Of a stretch of 64,000 nucleotides of DNA, positions 24,100-39,422 are shown piece by piece. The translations under genes were made by a program, and so were the position numbers. The notes below the pieces were generated by a model. That model saw only the letters and a list, made by a program, of their open reading frames with translations, was not told the origin of the DNA and did no database searches. This stretch comes from Ruditapes philippinarum (lineage: Eukaryota), in assembly GCF_026571515.1 (NCBI RefSeq), contig NW_026867008.1, positions 1 to 64,000 on the forward strand. The letters are read 5' to 3'. The first letter of the stretch is position 1. Every line of letters starts with the position of its first letter.

Positions 24100-27000
24100 C
24101 TGCAGCAATGACCGAAAGAACAATCACGAAGCTGTTACAGACAAAAACTCTCCCGGGAGCGATTACAGAGAAGATATTTATGCAGCACAAGAATTACACA
24201 TGAACAATTACATAAAAACTATTACTGGAACTGTTTCAGAGAAGAACTATGACAGGAGCAATTGCAATCAAAATCTATCACAATGTTTATAACAGACGAT
24301 AACTATCACAGAAAGTATTACAGACAATAACTCACAGAGTTATAAAAGACGAGCAATTATAGATTAGAACTATGACATATGACAGTAGAAATAACAGGAA
24401 AAGCTACCAGGGATTATAATAGCCAAAACTACCACAGGAGAAATTATACACAAGAACTAACAAAGGGATAATTGTAGTCAAGAACTATCACAGGAGCTGT
24501 TACAGACAAGAAATATAGGAGTTATTAGAGACAGAACTATCAGTGGAGTTGTTACAGACAGAACTATCACTGGAGTTGTTACAGACAGAACTATCACATG
24601 AGTTATTACAGACAGAACTTCACAGCAGCTATTACAGACAAAACTATCACAATCGTTATTACAGACAGAACTGCCACATGTGTTATTACAGACAGAACTA
24701 TCAAAGAAGTTATTACAAACAAGAACTATCACAGAAGCTATTACAGACAGAACTATCACAGGAGTTATTACAGACATAACTATCACTGGAGTTGTTACAG
24801 ACATAACTATCACATGAGTTATTACAGACAGAACTATCACTGGAGTTATTACAGACAGAACTATCACTGGAGTTGTTACAGACAGAACTATCACTGAAGT
24901 TGTTACAGACATAACTATCACTGGAGTTATTACAGACAGAACTATCACATGAGTTATTACAGACAGAACTTCACAGCAGCTTTTACAGACAAAACTATCA
25001 CAATCGTTATTGCAGACAGAACTGCCACATGTGTTATTACAGACAGAACTATCAAAGAAGTGATTACAAACAAGAACTATCACAGAAGCTATTACAGACA
25101 GAACTATCACAATCGTTATTACAGACAGAACTGCCACATGTGTTATTACAGACAGAACTATCAAAGAAGTTATTACAAACAAGAACTATCACAGAAGCTA
25201 TTACAGACAGAACTATCACAATCGTTTTTACAGACAGAACTGCCACATGTGTTATTACAGACAGAAGTATCAAAGAAGTTTTTACAAACAAGAACTATCA
25301 CAGAAGCTTTTACAGACAGAACTATCACAATCGTTTTTACAGACAGAACTGCCATACGTGTTATTACATACAGAACTATTACATGAGTTATTACAGACAT
25401 AATTATCATTGGAGTTGTTACAGACAGAACTATCACAGAAGCTATTACAGACAGAACTATCACAATCGTTTTTACAGACAGAACTGCCACATGTGTTATT
25501 ACAGACAGAACTATCAAAGAAGTTATTACAAACAAGAACTATCACAGAAGCTTTTACAGACAGAACTATCACAATCGTTTTTACAGACAGAACTGCCATA
25601 CGTGTTATTACAGACAGAACTATTACATGAGTTATTACAGACATAATTATCATTGGAGTTGTTACAGACAGAACTATCACAGGAGTTATTACAGACATAA
25701 CTATCACTGTAGTTGTTACAGACATAACTATCACTGTAGTTGTTACAGACATAACTATCACATGAGTTATTACAGACAGAACTATCATAAAAGCTATTAC
25801 AAACATCAACAAAGAAGCTATCAAAGGAGCTATAACAGACAAGAACTATGACTAAGACAATTTCTTTCATAGTTTTTGTTAAAGACAACAAGAATAACAA
25901 ATCAGCTGTTAATTCAGACCACAACTTTTACAGGAACTATCACATGAGTTATTACAGACAAGAACTATTATAGGAGTTTTTACAGATAGTAACTACAGGA
26001 GCTATTACAGTTAAAGTTAAGAAGTATCAACTGAGCAGCTGCAGACAAAAATTATCTAAGGAGCTATTACAGAAAATAATTTAACAGGATGAGCTTTAGG
26101 CAAGAACAATTATATAACCAATTACAGGAAAGAAATATAACAGAAATTATTACAAACAAGAACTATCATAGGAATTATTACCTACAAGAATTATCATAGG
26201 AATTATGACATACAAGAACTATCATAGGAACTGTAAAAGAACTATCATAGGAATTATTACATACAAAACTATCGCAGGAATTATTACATACAAGAACAAT
26301 CATAGGAATCATGACATACAACAACTATCATTGGAATTATTGCATACAAGAAATATCATAGGAATTATTAAATACAACAACTATCAAAGGAATTATTACA
26401 TACAACAACTATCATAGCAATTATTGCATACAAGAACTATCATAGGAATTATTACATACAAGAACAATCATAGGAATTATGACATATAAGAACTATCATG
26501 GGAATTATTGCATACAACAACTTTCATAGGAATTATTAAATACAACAACTATCAAAGGAATTATTACATACAACAACTATCATAGCAATTATTGCATACA
26601 AGAACTATCATAGGAATTATTACATACAAGAACTATCATGGGAATTATTGCATACAACAACTATCAAAGAAATTATTACATACAAGAACTTTCATAGGAA
26701 TTATTACATACAAGAACTATCACGGGAATTATTACATACAAACAACTATCATAGGAATTATTGCATACAAGAACTATCATAGGAATTATTACAAAACAAG
26801 AACTATCAAAGGAACTATTACATACAAGAACTATCATGGGAATCATTACATACAAGAACTATCATGGGAATTATTACATACAAGAACTATCATGGGAATT
26901 ATTACATACAAGAACTACCATAGGAATTATTTCATACAAGAACTATCATAGGAATTATTACATACAATAACTATCATAGCAAGAACTATCATGGGAATTA

Positions 27001-30000
27001 TGACATACAAGAACTATCATAGGAATTATTACATACAAGAACTATCATAGAAATTATTACATACAATAATTATCATAGGAACTATTACATACAAAAACTA
27101 TCATAGGAACTATTACATACAAGAACTATCATAGGAATTATTGCATACAAGAACTATCATAGGAATTATTGCATACAAGAACTATCATAGGAATTATTAC
27201 ATACAAGAACTATCATAGGAATTATTACATACAACAACTATCAAAGGAATTATTGCATACAAGAACTATCATAGGAATTATTACATACAAGAACTATCAT
27301 GGGAATTATTGCATACAAGAACTATCATAGGAATTATTGCATATAACAACTATCATAGGAATTATTACATACAAGAACTATCATAGGAACTATTACATAC
27401 AAGAACTATCATAGGAACTATTACATACAAGAACTATCATAGGAACTATTACATACAAGAACTATCATAGGAATTATTGCATACAAGAACTATCATAGGA
27501 ATTATTGCATACAAGAACTATCATAGGAACTATTACATACAAGAACTATCATAGGAACTATTACATACAAGAACTATCATAGGAATTATTGCATACAAGA
27601 ACTATCATGGGAATTATTGCATACAAGAACTATCATAGGAACTATTACATACAAGAACTATCATATGAACTATTACATACAAGAACTATCATAGGAACTA
27701 TTACATACAAAAACTATCATAGGAATTATTGCATACAAGAACTATCATAGGAATTATTGCATACAAGAACTATCATAGGAACTATTACATACAAAAACTA
27801 TCATAGGAACTATTACATACAAGAACTGTCATAGGAATTATTGCATACAAGAACTATCATAGGAACTATTACATACAAGAACTATCATAGGAACTATAAC
27901 ATACAAGAACTGTCATGGGAATCATTGCATACAAGAACTATCATAGGAATTATTACATACAAGAACTATCATAGGAATTATTACATACAAGAACTATCAT
28001 AGGAACTATTACATACAAGAACTATCATAGGAACTATAACATACAAGAACTGTCATGGGAATCATTGCATACAAGAACTATCATAGGAACTATTACATAC
28101 AAGAACTATCATAGGAACTATTACATACAAGAACTGTCATAGGAATTATTACATACAAGAACTATCATAGGAATTATTACATACAAGAACTATCATAGGA
28201 ACTATTACATACAAGAACTATCATAGGAACTATTACATACAAGAACTATCATAGGAACTATTACATACAAGAACTATCATAGGAACTATTACATACAAGA
28301 ACTGTCATAGGAATTATTGCATACAAGAACTATCATAGGAATTATTACATACAAGAACTATCATAGGAACTATTACATACAAGAACTGTCATGGGAACTA
28401 TTGCATACAAGAACTATCATAGGAACTATTACATACAAGAACTATCATAGGAACTATTACATACAAGAACTATCATGGGAACTATTACATACAAGAACTA
28501 TCATAGGAACTTTTACATACAAGAACTATCATAGGAATTATTGCATACACGAACTATCATAGGAATTATTGCATACAAGAACTATCATAGGAATTATTGC
28601 ATACACGAAGTATCATAGGAACTATTACATACAAGAACTATCATGGGAACTATTACATACAAGAACTTTCATGGGAATCATTGCATACAAGAACTATCAT
28701 AGGAACTATTACATACAAGAACTATCATGGGAACTATTACATACAAGAACTATCATAGGAATTATTACAAACAAGAACTATCATAGGAACTATTACATAC
28801 AAGAACTTTCATGGGAATCATTGCATACAAGAACTATCATAGGAACTATTACATACAAGAACTATCATTAGAAATATTACATACAAGAACTATCATAGGA
28901 ATTATTACAAACAAGAACTATCATAGGAACTATTACATACAAGAACTATCATAGGAACTATTACATACAAGAACTGTCATAGGAACTATTACATACAAGA
29001 ACTATCATAGGAACTATTACAAACAAGAACTATCATAGGAACTATTACATACAAGAACTATCATAAGAACTATTACATACAAAATCTATCATAGGAACTA
29101 TTACATACAAAATCTATCATAGGAATTATTACATACAAGAATTATCATAGGAACTATTACATACAAGAACTATCATAGGAACTATTACATACAAGATATC
29201 ATAGGAACTATTACATACAAGAACTTTCATGGGAATTATTACATACAAGAACTATCATAGGAACTATTACATACAGAACTATCATAGGATTTATTACATA
29301 CAAGAACTATCATAGGAACTATTACATACAAAAACTATCATAGGAATTATTACATACAAGAACTTTCATAGAAATTATTACATACAAAAACTATCATAGG
29401 AACTATTACAAACAAGAACTATCATAGGAACTATTACATACAAGAACTATCATAGGAACTATTACATACAAGAACTATCATGGGAATTATTACAAACAAC
29501 AACTATCATAGGAATTATTACATACAAGAACTATCATAGGAATTATTACATACAATAACTATCATAGGAATTATTACATACAATAACTATCATGGGAATA
29601 ATTACATACAAGAATTACCATAGAAATTATTACATGCAAGAACTATCATAGGAACTATTACATACAAAAACTATCATAGGAATTATTACATACAAGAACT
29701 ATCATAGGAACTATTACATACAAAAACTATCATAGGAATTATTACATACAAGAACTTTCATAGAAATTATTACATACAAAAACTATCATAGGAACTATTA
29801 CAAACAAGAACTATCATAGGAACTATTACATACAAGAACTATCATAGGAACTATTACATACAAGAACTATCATAGGAACTATTACATACAAGAACTATCA
29901 TAGGAACTATTACATACAAGAACTATCATGGGAATTATTGCATACAAAAACTATCATAGGAACTATTACATACAAGAACTGTCATAGTAACTATTTCATA

Positions 30001-30090
30001 CAAGAACTTTCATAGGAATTATAACAGACAATAATCATCACAGGAATTATTGCAGACAAAAACTTTAGCAGGAGTAACTACGGGCAAAAA
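24100..30090. repeat. ~6-kb minisatellite array: 27-bp units with a 109-bp higher-order repeat (24.5-25.9 kb) grading into 28-bp units (26.15-30.05 kb)
   Basis: ttacagacagaactatcac(x)8 and ttacatacaagaactatcataggaa(c/t)ta units; degenerate units at both ends. Confidence 0.97.
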
Positions 30091-30564
30091 CGATCACAGG
30101 GGTGTTATATTGGATATTAGGCCAGAGAAAAGAATTAGATATTGTTTTTAGCACACTGTTATCAAATGTTATACCGATAATGTAAAAATAATTGCTAGTT
30201 ATATAATATCGGTCAGTCAAAACTGCATGCCTTTTAAGTTTTCATTATTTCGTTAAACATGTAAAATTTCGGAAGTTTATGTATTAAGTACTTACAATAT
30301 CTCTAGTTGTGTCTATTGACCCTTCACTTCAAATATACTTGTAAAGAAACAGTTGGACGAGCATCCTTACTTCCGGATTTTAATAATGTTTATTATGAAC
30401 TACGTAAACAAGAACAGTTTCCGGATGTTGACCCTTATGGTATCCACTAAGTATCTATCCGGTTTGCTGAAGAAGCCGGCCAATGTAAAAACTCATCTTC
30501 GGAGCAAATAATTTGAAGAAAATAACATTCGAAATTTTAAAGACAGCAAAATGTTCAAATCCAT

Positions 30565-30584
30565 TTTATTTATTTATTTATTTT

Positions 30585-30635
<51 letters not shown>

Positions 30636-30637
30636 TT
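30565..30637. repeat. (TATT)n microsatellite
   Basis: Direct reading. Confidence 0.95.
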
Positions 30638-30875
30638 GAGTAATATGCATTATATGCAAGTTATGTGTTTGTTTGTTGGTGTAATTGCAAAGATCATTTA
30701 CTAAATGATTACACACAATCAGTAATATGTGCTTACAACTTAAACAAAGTTTCTTTCTGAAATTAAACTGTTAATACACACTATTTGTAGCATTAAAACA
30801 TGAGATTCGTTGCTATAAGACTACCTATTTTATTTACTTTTTTCTCGACAGACAAAAAGAACGCCTTCATTCTAT

Positions 30876-30912
30876 ACGCGCGTGCGATTGGTTATGAGCG
30901 GTAGTCACGTGA
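30876..30912 (+). promoter_or_regulatory. Putative promoter of the TAL1-like gene
   Basis: CpG-rich acgcgcgtgcg, reverse CCAAT (attgg 30887-30891) and gtcacgtga E-box (30904-30912) in an otherwise CpG-poor region, ~100 nt before a gtaagt donor at 31016. Confidence 0.5.
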
Positions 30913-31015
30913 TTAGATACTGCTGCGGAGTCTGAGCTATCAAAGTTGGTGATTTGTTGTGGAATATACTAAAGATACGGACACATACTTTCTTAATGGT
31001 ACCTCATCGATAAAA
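30913..31015 (+). other. Probable non-coding first exon of the TAL1-like gene, containing a 5-codon uORF (30996-31013)
   Basis: Ends at aaaa|gtaagt; the coding exon has an acceptor 2 nt before its ATG and therefore needs an upstream exon; linkage is inferred and the start is approximate. Confidence 0.4.
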
Positions 31016-32847
31016 GTAAGTTTTCCTTTCTTAATTTTGCATCTTTAATAAAAGTGTACATTTCAATAACGCCTCGATTTGCAATCCTTTATTTCGGGGA
31101 CATTTTGAAATATTTAATGAAAGAAAATTATTTAATCAGTCCATTAACTGTTTACATTTTTTTATTATTAAACTAGTAATACCGATTATCAAAAAAAAGT
31201 CTTATATATAGTTCTAGATGATAATTTATTAACAATACTAGATATAACTACCTTTGTATAAAACTAGTGATTCTTGTACAAATTCATAAATCAAAGTCAT
31301 CAGTAAATTGACAATACATGTATATATTTTTTATTTATTTTTATATAAAATAAGAATTTTCTACAAAAAGATTTAACGCATCAAATATTGCATGTGTAAG
31401 GTGTAAAATTTGATTGTATGTTGGTTGAAAAGTATGCTTTATACATGTATATTATTATAACCTTAAATATCATTTTTGTGCCTTGTTTAGATAGATTTAT
31501 TTCAGTATTCAGTAAATAACATGGTAAAAACATATCCAATACATGATAAAACAATAAAAAACAAATATCAATGTAAAGAAATGCACCATATCAAAAACAT
31601 CATACCAAGGATAACACAAAAAGAGAACTAAATCTCTTATTTCCATTGTGGTCCTTAGATACTGATGGTTTTGACAAAGAGAGGCATGAAAATGACTTAT
31701 CACAGTTTTAAATTAAAGAAAGACAAAAGTATACATAAAATTTTGTTTAAATTCTATGATTGCAAATTAGTATATTTATAAATTATTCCTGCCATTAATA
31801 ATATAGAAACTTATTAATTATTAACATATATTTTAGTTTTTCATTTTATTTAATTGTTTTCCACAAATCTACCTGCCTTGAAAAAAGAAGAGGCTTAAAT
31901 TAAAACAAATGTATAAAACTATGTCCCTTGGAGTAACGTAAATGTTAAGTTTATTAAGTTTAAATATATTATCTTTTAAAACAAAAATTGATATTTTCAT
32001 AACGCTGTAGTTTGTTTGTTGGCTTTTTTTACATAATAGTTTGCAGTTATTCATTATACAAAGTCGCTTAGAAAAAATGAACAATATCAACTTTTCTTCC
32101 AAAAGATAAAGAAAAAAGGCAATATCTATTTAAAGAGGCAGCGTGCATGATTTATAAATAATAGCGGCTTTATTGAAGGAAGTGAAGTGGCAATGTATAG
32201 GGTTACATCTGTAAATTATACAGACATTTTGTGATCGCAATCAGATATGGATTAAGGCGTACTTAAATCTCCAACAGTTTCAAGTTGTCGCACTTCATGT
32301 TGTCTTTGTTTAGCTGAAATAATTTGGCCAGAATCTTGTACAAAGTAGAATTATGTTTTGTTTTCTTCTCGCATGCTCTTTATCACAGTATCAATTAGTT
32401 TTTTACCAATCGAAATGTGTAATAACCCTCCTTGTTTATCTTATAAGTTTGAGTTCAGTTTTTGTTCTAATGATGAAAAATAATCATGCCTTTTAGAGGA
32501 AACATAAACAAATGTAAGTGGACAATATTTCTACAAAGTAGAGAATCTATGAAAAGCTTGTAACTCTTGATTCCTTGTAGAATACACACGGACAGTTTTA
32601 TTTTAATCGCGAACATACCGAATAAAATCTGTTGTTTGAATAAATGTACCAGTACATACGGAATATTTTTTTTTATTTCATCTTCACTTAATGACACCCA
32701 TACATAATCTTGTTGAACTTGCATTTTGTCATATGATATCCTTCCCTTTTCCCCCAATTCTTTTGTACATTTGATCTATTTATTCTAAAACAACTTGTCA
32801 TTAAAATTAGCGTAATATTCTGCAAAGTTTCAATTTCATAGGATTGA

Positions 32848-33230
32848 CAATAACATCATATAAATAGCATCATATCAATAACATCATATCAATAACATCA
32901 TATTAATAATATCATATCAATAATATCATATAAATAGCATCATATCAATAACATCATGTCAATAATATCATATCGATAACATCATATAAATAGCATCATA
33001 TCAATAACATCATATCAATAATATCATATCAATAATATCATATAAATAGCATCATATCAATAACATCATATCAATAATATCATATCAATAATATCATATC
33101 GATAACATCATATAAATAGCATCATATCAATAACATCACATCAATAGCATCATACCAATAATATCATATCAATAATATCATATCAATAATATCTTATCAA
33201 TAACATCATATCAATAATATCATATAAATA
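32848..33230. repeat. 14-bp minisatellite (ataacatcatatca variants)
   Basis: Direct reading, ~27 copies. Confidence 0.9.
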
Positions 33231-33977
33231 ATCTTGTTTTCTTTTGTTTTAACCGTACTTTCAACATGGATTTATAGTTTTAAATCATAATCTTGTTTCA
33301 CTATCTTTTACCCCGCCCGTCATTTTATATAGTTATATAAGAAAATTTGTCTAGATAAATTTAATCAAAGATGACATAACCTGTTACATAACAATGACAT
33401 CACAGACGTATCATAATTTTAATTGAAGTTATTTCAACTTAAGACGTAAGTTAGATTACTGCATTTCATGTTTAAGAAACCATTTCAATTTCCAGGGAAT
33501 AAAGATTCCGTGCATGATAAGTAATTTTCACAAAGGTACGATTGTGAATCAGATCTGATGTATTTTACACGATCTGATTTTTCCTAAACTCACGCGCATT
33601 TTAACAACGTCAGTATCTAAGTATACAACTCAATTTTTATTACAAAAATGCGCATGACACATTCAGAAATATGTTTTTAATTCTCAATTATATCCTGGTA
33701 GGAACGGATTCATTTATAAACAATAGAACACTGAAGATATTGTTATTATTATTATTTTTATGTGAGAAACAAACATTTACGAATTCTTCTTGTCTTGACC
33801 GGATGAGGGTCAAAATGAAGCTATTGAACCAGTATAATTCAAGATATCAACTTTAGAACGGTCATTCGCTAAAAAATTATCTTTGTACACGATTAATTTA
33901 CACTGTATATAAATAATTGTAACGCGCATTATTGTAGAAAAATGTCTTTCTTAAATAAAAGTGGTAATTCATATTAA

Positions 33978-34350
33978 AGGGACTCCGCTGAGGTTTTTGA
34001 CATTATGGGACTGAAAGTATTTTTCCAGATTAATGCACTATATGATGAAGGTTTAGACCTCTAATCATTGTGCAAAATTTCAGACCATTCGCGCACTTCG
34101 TTTTTTCCAGAATAATTATTCAAATTGTAAAAAATGACCCAAAATGAAAAGCGTTTAAACGCTTTTAACTCAAATCCGGCTTAGAAAAGCATACAAATAC
34201 GATTTTCTATTTATTTCAAAGTATATTTCTTAACTATACGAGTATTTGTATATATTTATGTTTAAAGTGCCGCAGCTCATTTATGTAAGAAATTCAAATG
34301 TTATGTTTTTAGGCTTTTAAACCTCGGTTTCATAAGTTGGTGTATTTCCT
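33978..34350. mobile_element. Kolobok-like MITE
   Basis: TTAA|AGG ... CCT|TTAA termini with weak TIR (agggactccgc vs aggaaatacac, 7/11). Confidence 0.45.
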
Positions 34351-34669
34351 TTAAATCTGACATTATGAACAGTGCTATGAATAATACGACCATTGGTCAT
34401 TAAACTTTAAATCGTTTGATACTTGCAAACAATTTTAGAAAAAGTATTTTCTATTGGCAATGTGATCATATTATTGTGAGTAATATAAGATCATTTCGTT
34501 CATAGAATATTGCGAACTTTAATGCTTAAAACATTTTAATTTCAAACATAACAATGAGTTTACTTTAAAGTTAAAATAATTGATACAGTAAACAATTCGA
34601 TTAATACGTATTATAAGCTTTGTTGTCATTTTGCTAGTATAAACAATTTGATCACTTTATTATTACTAT

Positions 34670-35290
34670 CGTGATCATTTGAACAATACACAACGTGATT
34701 ATTTCAATTGTAAGCAACGTGAACATTTGAACAGTAAATAATATGATCATTTGAACAATACACAACGTGATTATTTCAATTGTAAGCAACGTGAACATTT
34801 GAACAGTAAATAATATGATCATTTGAACAATACACAACGTGATTATTTCAATTGTAAGCAACGTGAACATTTGAACAGTAAATAATATGATCATTTGAAC
34901 AATATATAACGTGATTATTTCAATTGTAAGCAACGTGAACATTTGAACAGTAAATAATATGATCATTTGAACAATACACAACGTGATTATTTCAATTGTA
35001 AGCAACGTGAACATTTGAACAGTAAATAATATGATCATTTGAACAATACACAACGTGATTATTTCAATTGTAAGCAACGTGAACTTGAACAGTAAATAAT
35101 ATGATCATTTGAACAATATATAACGTGATTATTTCAATTGTAAGCAACTTGAACATTTGAACTGTAAACAGTGTGATCATTTGAAGTTTAAACAATGTGA
35201 TCATTTAAAATGTAAACAATGTGATTATTTAAAATGTAAACAATGTTATAATTTAAACTGTATTTAAACGGTGAACAATTTGATCATTCA
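34670..35290. repeat. 72-bp higher-order repeat of three 24-bp monomers (~6.5 copies), decaying into monomers
   Basis: tgatcatttgaacaatacacaa / cgtgattatttcaattgtaagcaa / cgtgaacatttgaacagtaaataa; gives the 24-aa periodic ORF 34652-35077. Confidence 0.93.
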
Positions 35291-38200
35291 AGCTCATTCT
35301 ACGGACACGTAATAAAATACTTGTAATATATACCACTGAACCAACAATTGACTGTTTAAGTTGCGGTCACTGCATCAATATTAATATTATTACGTAAATC
35401 CACTTGCAAAACAGTTAACTTGTGTTTAAATATAAGGAGATGATACTTGATATGTTCTTGATTTTTATCTTCCATTTATATATTAACAATGAACCTTTTA
35501 AGTGTTCTCTGAAAAACATTTTCTCTAAGAATCGTGTTGAATTGATTTTTCTTATATTGATTATGTCGTTAAATTGATTATTACAATAATTTATTGTATG
35601 TTCTACGTTGTCAACTGCTGTACAATAGTTTAATAATCATACATTGTTACATTGTATACGTATATCGTTTAAAAATTAACTTAATATAAATATCATTTAT
35701 GTATGTTTTGCTTGCAGAAATATTTGTACATTTTAACTTATGGCAGTCGTTATTATAAAAAAATCACAAACAGATCTAACAATTTTATATTAGAGTGTTA
35801 ATGTACATTTTTGGACGTAACATGTTCCTACATTTTATATTGATTTATATTCGGGCCATATACCTTCCTCAGTCTGACCAACCAGTCCGTAAATTTGCAT
35901 AATGCACTCATAGTCATGTTTTATTTTTTAAATAATGTTAAAACAACAATAAATCATTTCAACATAACAAATACTCTATAGCAAATAAATTCATTTTTAA
36001 TTAATTATTACAACAAGTATTGGGAATTTAGCCATGGAATAAATGATTATCATGCACAGTTTGCTTTCTCTTCAATTTTTTAATGTAATCACATTGTAAA
36101 CGAGCATTTTAGAAGACCTACATCTTATCACGTGATATGACAGATACAGTCTGTTACAGGTGCGCTGTTAATTGTCTCCCCATCACGAGAGAAATAAACA
36201 CTTACACAAATGGTGTTGAAATATGACTGATATCACGTCTAATTGGGCAGCTTCTATTTCATAAAACATGGATTCAGTTCACAGACAAGCATGCCGTTAC
36301 TAAGGTTTCGTCATCCCTGAAATAATTCAATACATATACATTTAAACACTTTATTCACATATAAATATATACAAAACCTTATATCGTATAAATAACTGTT
36401 AAAATTTAAAAAGAAAACTTAAAACTGCATTATAAAACTCATAGAAATAGCTGAATTCCGTTGATAAAATGGGTTTCATTTTGAGTCCTGTTCTTATTTT
36501 GTTGTCCAGACGACCAAAATTACTTTTATAATTATTATTTCTGCACAATATTTGATAAGATTTACAACAATACTATTGCCAAGGTTAATGAAACAGTAGA
36601 ATGTTTGGTTTTTAGGACTACGGTGAAATATTTTTACATATTTATAAAATGCAGATTTAAAGTAAATGAAAGGAAATGTTCAATGCATGCTTGCAACACA
36701 TCAATCATAAGGACCCTGTGTTAATCAACACACATTGATGTCCTCTATTGTACACTACAATACACATATAACTTTATTTTCAATTGTCACACATTACAAA
36801 ATACACTTTTAACAACAAATGAACAAAAAGCGACAAAGATATAGTTTACGAGTACCAACATGGTTATAAATAGTTTGATTAATTATATTTTGTATTTTTC
36901 TTTAGTTACTTTTTTCGATGGGGAGAGTGTATAAATGTGTATATATCTAATAAGTTCCAACTCAATAGTTTTGTAGCCCAAACCACATCACATAACATTT
37001 ATGAAATATTTTCAAAAAATCTGTAAACACTAAAATTAATTTGTTTCGGTCGATTCTTGTAACGGTTGTAACATAGAATGTCTCACATAAAATATCATAA
37101 ACAGAATAAAATATTCCGGGACAAAATATTTTGCGGTTTTAACCATTTATTGATGATTCCGTGCATGCGCAATAAACAAGCACACTGATATTATACAGGC
37201 ATTTTGGAAATATTCTATTCCAAAATCCAAACAATATTTGTGTTCAGAAGATACATGTATATAGCTTTATACGTTTTAAAAAGTCTTATATACTTTAAAT
37301 AGTGTGTAAGAACTTAAATGATAATACTTGAATTTATAGAACCATGAACGTGTCGCCATCTGTATGAATGTCTGAAATTGCTGGCAGGGAAACAAGTTCA
37401 AGAACTGCTTTTCTTCTTTCATCATGTATGTATGAAATTTATAGCAGAGAAAAAAGTGTTATCTTATATTAAATCACTTGGATATTTCATCTTGTTTTTT
37501 TATTCGGAAGTCAGTATGTATTCAATCATTTTAGATGTTTTAAATATTTCATCTTGTTGAGGTAATGGTTGTCCCGTATTGTTCAGTATATCATCAATAT
37601 TATATTAATTCTGCCATGTAATTAACACCTATAGTGAAATCAGTGGCAGAATTGTTTATAGAATGCTCAAATGTTGAATAGAAAATTATGTTCATATTTA
37701 TATATTATTTGGTAGATAAAAATTATTGTTCATTGTATACTTTACTTTTATTCTGCTCTTAACAGTTTAAAGGTTGATATTTTTTATCTCTTTTCACATA
37801 TATGATATTACACTCGGGTTTCGTCAAAAGTTTAATGCGGAAAATAGGCCCAACATATGTTATTTTCAAACACTAAAAACTATCTTGAGAACTTATTAAC
37901 TTCGGGACACCTGGTTTTCTCCATGTCTGATGCACTTTGACAAGCAAGATCTACCTATCGAACTTGGAACATTTCATGAATGTCATTTATCATTTCTAAA
38001 ATAGGTGACTCCGGTGCATTTTCACAGTCATATGTCACTGGGTACATATAAAAATAGTTGAAAATCACTCAAAATAACTTAAATCAAGAAAAAGATAGAG
38101 TTAATATTGAACGGACTAAGTTTTGCATAATCTTGATTAATAAACCTGGTTAAAAAAATATCTAAACTGATAGGATAAATACGTTGTCATCCTGCCAACC

Positions 38201-39422
38201 ACAAACCTCTTCACTCCGTTTTCATCAGAAGTGTCTTTACTATCTCGTCTTCACTGGCTATTTCTCACCATTCCGTCTTCACAGGTCATACCTCACCACA
38301 TAGTCTTCCTCAACCTTACCCCACCAACCTTTCTTCCCCAACCGAGACCTATTATTTCGTCTTAACAAGACAGACACCACCAGCATGCTTTCACCAGCCA
38401 TGCCCGCACTAACCCAACTTCACCAACCATACCTATTATTTCGTCCTCACCAGACATGTCCTAATTAACGAACCCATTTTATATAAAAGACAGTGATAGA
38501 TCTGATCATACGACTAAAGTTCGAGTTAGATTTTCTTCTAAATTAAGTGTGAAATACTTCTTGAGCTGAAATTGTTATCTTTCCTAAAAAAAATCATATA
38601 AATTCATATAAAAAAAATTACAGACTAAACTACATAAACTATTTGATAGACTTGATGCGGATTTTTTTGGAAAATATCTAATTCCATTGGAGTCAAAGAT
38701 AATTGTAAAACTTGTCATTATGATAAGATACATACATCTAAATTTTCTTGCAAACATTCCTGTCAAAATAGAAATATTTAAGCGCAAGTTAAACGTTTGA
38801 AATGATATGTTTAAAACACGCCTGCGCGTTTGTTACTTCGTAGAACGGGGGCAATTAAAATCACAGACTTCTTAACGGTTACAACTGTCATATTTCAAAC
38901 AGTAAATAAATTGAAATTATAAACAAATATGCTGCAGTGTGTATAAACATAGCTTCATAAAACAGGAAAAAATGAGATCTTGTAGAATCATATATACGTC
39001 ATCAGTATATTAAACTTTTGATTAAAAGACTTCATTTAGATATCTAATAAACATGGTTCTTGGAATGCAGTCAAAATGCATGAGTTTCGTGGGAAATGCA
39101 ATCGAATACAACGGACGAGTGTTTGAGCAGTTTGAGATTAAAATAAAATCACACGATCCGGGACTGATAAAATGTTTAATATTTTAAAATCCTTTTTTAA
39201 TTTGTACTTGTATTTTCTAAAACATTATATTCGTAGATTTTTATTGTGTCGTGTAAAGTTGTAATATCTGAATGGAATGAGAAAAAGATATGTTTACGTA
39301 TATATGAAAAGAAAGCAATGATACAATACAGTTACACAATACTGTATTCAACGTAGTTTTAAAAGCTACATGTTCAAGTCAAATTATTGGATAAATTTCT
39401 GTTAATTTATGTCATTTCAGAG

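Noticed and set aside
19976-24100. SEC61B head-to-head with ALG2, as in vertebrates
   Set aside because: No SEC61B-like peptide (e.g. MWRFYT..SPG) seen in the ORF track or the frames I read
24478-28871. Many 70-234 aa ORFs on both strands
   Set aside because: Periodic translations of the 27/28-bp minisatellite; no splice structure or domain
22900-30870. Chain of minus-strand micro-exons (donor-like gtaagt/gtgagt at ~30737, 30295, 23759, 23411, 22919)
   Set aside because: Could not join them into a stop-free or recognisable ORF; such motifs are expected by chance in AT-rich DNA, though a lncRNA cannot be excluded
39387-39422. N-terminal extension of the bHLH ORF from a TTG start
   Set aside because: Lies in the pyrimidine-rich intron end before the acceptor at 39420; ATG 39423 is the likely start
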